64,000 nucleotides of DNA from Desulfobacteraceae bacterium. GTDB lineage: Bacteria; Desulfobacterota; Desulfobacteria; Desulfobacterales; RPRI01. Both the position numbers and the translations under genes were made by a program. The notes beneath the pieces are model-generated. The model did no database searches. It was not told the origin of the DNA and worked only from the letters and a program-made list of their open reading frames with translations. The stretch spans positions 3,072 through 67,071 of the forward strand of contig RPRI01000025.1 of the NCBI GenBank assembly GCA_003818505.1, written 5' to 3'. The first letter of the stretch is position 1. Each line of letters starts with the position of its first letter. This document shows positions 60,967 through 64,000 of the stretch, piece after piece.

Positions 60967-62697
60967 ATGAGCAAATTAAAAATGACTCCGAGCGAAGCTC
61001 TTGTAGAAACAATGGCTGCCGAAGGAGTTAAAACGGTTTTCGGCATAGTCGGCTCAGCCTATATGGATGCGCTTGATCTTTTTCCCGATGCAGGCATAAG
61101 ATTCATATCCGTCGCCCATGAGCAGGCTGCTGCGCATGCTGCGGACGGGCTTGCGCGCGTTACAGGAAGACCTCAGGCATGCATAGCCCAGAACGGACCC
61201 GGGGCAGCTAATTTTGTATCGGCCATAACAGCTGCTTACTGGGCGCATTCACCTGTCGTCGCTATAACACCGGAAACAGGAAGCATGGGAATAGGAACCG
61301 GCGGATTCCAGGAACTTGACCAGATGGCATGGTTCAAAGAACAGACCGTTTACCAGGTAAGGGTAAACAGGCCTGAACGCATGGCCGAACTTGCACGCAG
61401 GGCATTTTACATGGCAAAGCTCGAAAACGGGCCGGCTCAGCTCAATATTCCCCGCGATTATTTCTATGGCATTTGCGAAGATGAAATATATCCGTCCCTG
61501 GATATTTCAAGAGGCTGCGGGCCTAAAAAAGCTCTTGAAGAAGCCGCCGATCTTCTGGTCAATTCAAAATATCCGGTAATTTTATCCGGCGGTGGAGTCT
61601 CACAGGGTGATGCGCTCGAGGAGACAAAAGCCCTTGCCGAGTATCTTTCCGCTCCCGTTGTAAACAGCTACCTTCACAACGATTCTTTTCCTTCGGATCA
61701 TTATCTTTCTACCGGACCTATAGGTTACTGCGGCTCAAAAGCCGCCATGCGCACACTTGCCAAGGCAGATGTTGTTATTGTTCTGGGAAGCCGGCTTGGT
61801 CCTTTCGGAACTCTTCCGCAGTACGGGATTGATTACTGGCCGAAAAAAGCCAGGATCATACAGGTGGATATAAACGCAAAAGTGCTTGGATTAAGCAGAA
61901 AAGTCGATGTCGCAAGCCCGGCGGATGTCAGGGAATTTTCAAAAGAGCTTCTTTGTCTGCTGAAGTCTCTCAGACCAGGCATGAAGGCAAATGCAAAACG
62001 GATTGCCGATGTTGAAAAAGAGAATAAAATCTGGAAAACTGAGCTGGAAAAATGGTCCTCTTCAAAAACAAAACTTATGCATCCCCGCAGGTTTTTGCGC
62101 GAACTCTCTCTTGCCGTACCTGAAGGCTCTATCGTTACTACTGACATTGGGAACAACTCTTCCATGTGCAATGCCTACTTCAAATTCAGCGGAATACGCC
62201 GGCATATATCAGCCTTAAGCTGGGGCAACTGCGGTTTTGCCTACGGGGCTGCGATGGGCGCCAAAATCGGAAGACCCGACCTTCCTGTTTTTGCATTCCA
62301 GGGAGATGGAGCTTACGGTATAAGCGGCATTGCGGAGATAATGACAGCTGTCCGTGAAAAAATTCCGGTCATTGCTATAGTTGCCAATAATTTTGAATGG
62401 GGGGCGGAAAAGAAAAACCAGATAGATTATTACGGAAACAGGTTTATAGGCGCTAATCTGAGAGAAAATCCCGATTATGCAAAACTGGCGGAAGATATGG
62501 GAGCAAGGGGTTACAGGATTGACGATTACAGGGATGTACATGATGTCATCCGCGACGCGGTAGCATCAAATAAACCCTGCGTCATAAACGCAATAATCGA
62601 GGGCGGAGAAAAAGTTCTGGCCGAACCGTTCAGGAGGGATGCCCTGAAAAAACCGCTCCGCCTTCTGTCCAAGTATAAACATCTGAATATAAAATAA
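60967..62697 (+). CDS. xsc: Sulfoacetaldehyde acetyltransferase
   Basis: KMTPSEALVE, GSAYMDALDLF, QNGPG, AAYWAHSPVV, GGFQE, WGAEKKNQ and EPFRRDA, all characteristic of Xsc. Confidence 0.88.
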   Translation: MSKLKMTPSEALVETMAAEGVKTVFGIVGSAYMDALDLFPDAGIRFISVAHEQAAAHAADGLARVTGRPQACIAQNGPGAANFVSAITAAYWAHSPVVAITPETGSMGIGTGGFQELDQMAWFKEQTVYQVRVNRPERMAELARRAFYMAKLENGPAQLNIPRDYFYGICEDEIYPSLDISRGCGPKKALEEAADLLVNSKYPVILSGGGVSQGDALEETKALAEYLSAPVVNSYLHNDSFPSDHYLSTGPIGYCGSKAAMRTLAKADVVIVLGSRLGPFGTLPQYGIDYWPKKARIIQVDINAKVLGLSRKVDVASPADVREFSKELLCLLKSLRPGMKANAKRIADVEKENKIWKTELEKWSSSKTKLMHPRRFLRELSLAVPEGSIVTTDIGNNSSMCNAYFKFSGIRRHISALSWGNCGFAYGAAMGAKIGRPDLPVFAFQGDGAYGISGIAEIMTAVREKIPVIAIVANNFEWGAEKKNQIDYYGNRFIGANLRENPDYAKLAEDMGARGYRIDDYRDVHDVIRDAVASNKPCVINAIIEGGEKVLAEPFRRDALKKPLRLLSKYKHLNIK

Positions 62698-62871
62698 CTT
62701 GCCATCCGCCTGCTGCCGATGGGTTGAGGCACAAAGGTGCAAAGTTTTCTGTTTTCGCTTTGTGCCTGTGTGCCTTTGAAACTATGTGCCTTCATGCTCC
62801 GGGCTATTTTAAACGGTAACTTTTGTCTAAAGGCACTTATCTGAGGCCAAGAATATAGAGAAGTTAAACAA

Positions 62872-64000
62872 ATGATAATTCTTGTCTTAAACAGCGGAAG
62901 CTCTTCGCTTAAATACAAGCTCTTCAATATGCCTGATGAAGAACTCATCTCTTCAGGCTTGATTGAGAACATCGGGGATGCGCATAAAAAACCGGTTTTT
63001 ACATATCAAAACCTGTCGCACGGGAAAATCAGAAATGAAACAGCCTGTAAGGATCACAGGCACGCTGTTGAACTTGTCTTGGATGCCCTGACCGATACAA
63101 CAGGCGGTTCTCTGATAAATCTTAAAGAAATTAAAGCTATCGGCCATCGAGTTGTCCACGGGAAGGATATTTTTACAGAACCTGCGGTCATCTCGGATGA
63201 TTCTATTGCAAAAATGAAAAAGCTCACGGAGCTTGCTCCTCTTCATATGCCTGTCAATATAGTCTGCATTGAAGAATGCTATAAAATTCTTCCCAGTATT
63301 ACGCAGGTTGCCCATTTTGATACGAGCTATTATGCCGGTATGCCTGAATTCTCATATCTTTATCCTGTTCCTTATGACTGGCATAAACAATATTCCGTGC
63401 GAAGATACGGTTTTCACGGCATCTCTTATCAGTATGTAAATGAAACCGCATCCCTTCTTCTCAGAAGACCTCTTTCCGAGCTTAAGCTGATTTCGACCCA
63501 CCTTGGAAACGGCGCCAGCATCACCGCATTCTCGCATGGACTGGTTCTTGATACAAGCATGGGGTTCACACCGCTTGAAGGACTCATGATGGGAACAAGG
63601 GCCGGTTATTTTGACCCTGCTGTCATTCCCTATCTTATTTCAAAAACAGGATATTCTCTGGAAGATATTATAAAAAAGCTCAACAACGAAAGCGGCCTCA
63701 CTGCAATAAGCGGGATAGGGCGCGATATGCGCAGCATAATTGATGCCTGCAAAGGAGGCAACAGCCGTGCCCGGCTTGCCTTCGACATGTTTGTCCATAC
63801 TTTGAGAAAATATATAGGAGCTTACTTTTTTTCTCTCGGCGGGGCTGATGCAATAATATTCACAGGCGGAATCGGTGAAAATTCGCCGGAAGTAAGAGAA
63901 GCGGTTTTCGAGAATCTTTTGCCGCTCGGGATTATAATTGACAAAAAAGCGAATCTTTCGATAAAAGGCTCAAAAACCGGATTCATAAATTCGCCGTTGT
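62872..64000 (+). CDS. ackA: Acetate kinase; runs off the right edge
   Basis: Manual translation: MIILVLNSGSSSLKY, GHRVVHG, LAPLH, RRYGFHG, HLGNGAS, DTSMGFTPLEGLMMGTR, FTGGIGENS. Confidence 0.93.
   Translation, partial: MIILVLNSGSSSLKYKLFNMPDEELISSGLIENIGDAHKKPVFTYQNLSHGKIRNETACKDHRHAVELVLDALTDTTGGSLINLKEIKAIGHRVVHGKDIFTEPAVISDDSIAKMKKLTELAPLHMPVNIVCIEECYKILPSITQVAHFDTSYYAGMPEFSYLYPVPYDWHKQYSVRRYGFHGISYQYVNETASLLLRRPLSELKLISTHLGNGASITAFSHGLVLDTSMGFTPLEGLMMGTRAGYFDPAVIPYLISKTGYSLEDIIKKLNNESGLTAISGIGRDMRSIIDACKGGNSRARLAFDMFVHTLRKYIGAYFFSLGGADAIIFTGGIGENSPEVREAVFENLLPLGIIIDKKANLSIKGSKTGFINSPL

Noticed and set aside
60967-62697. Acetolactate synthase annotation
   Set aside because: Xsc-characteristic motifs and the adjacent acetate kinase fit sulfoacetaldehyde acetyltransferase better.

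Overview
AT-rich bacterial chromosomal window; gene order and content suggest an anaerobic Desulfobacterota/deltaproteobacterium (inferred, not proven). In order: the 3' part of a pilus/secretin operon on the minus strand (fused pilM-pilN, pilO-like, pilP-like, pilQ, ExeA-like ATPase); the dcw cluster mraZ-ftsZ with fused murE-murF and no ddl; a radical SAM gene; rluD-like and carD; the serA-DUF1844-degP-ispE-tRNA-Gln-prs-rplY-pth run; nth and rlmN; ffh-rpsP-khpA-rimM-trmD-rplS-rnhB-yraN-rsmI; an ADP-forming acyl-CoA synthetase; a beta-CASP RNase; nfo; and a catabolic cluster SDR-ThDP enzyme-MFS-SDR-TetR-xsc-ackA. Two things stand out. (1) About 20 intergenic spacers, many inside essential operons, are mosaics of degenerate 7-, 8- and 9-mer tandem-repeat arms with conserved polarity, order and nesting. 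Two complete inverted arm pairs still enclose decayed fragments of a four-helix-bundle (23S-IVP-like) gene and a GxxExxY gene, suggesting the spacers are scars of repeat-flanked gene cassettes that target gene junctions. (2) The xsc-ackA cluster with a second ThDP enzyme looks like an uncharacterised organosulfonate pathway. No transposase, integrase, CRISPR array or rRNA was seen. All calls were made by eye without database searches.
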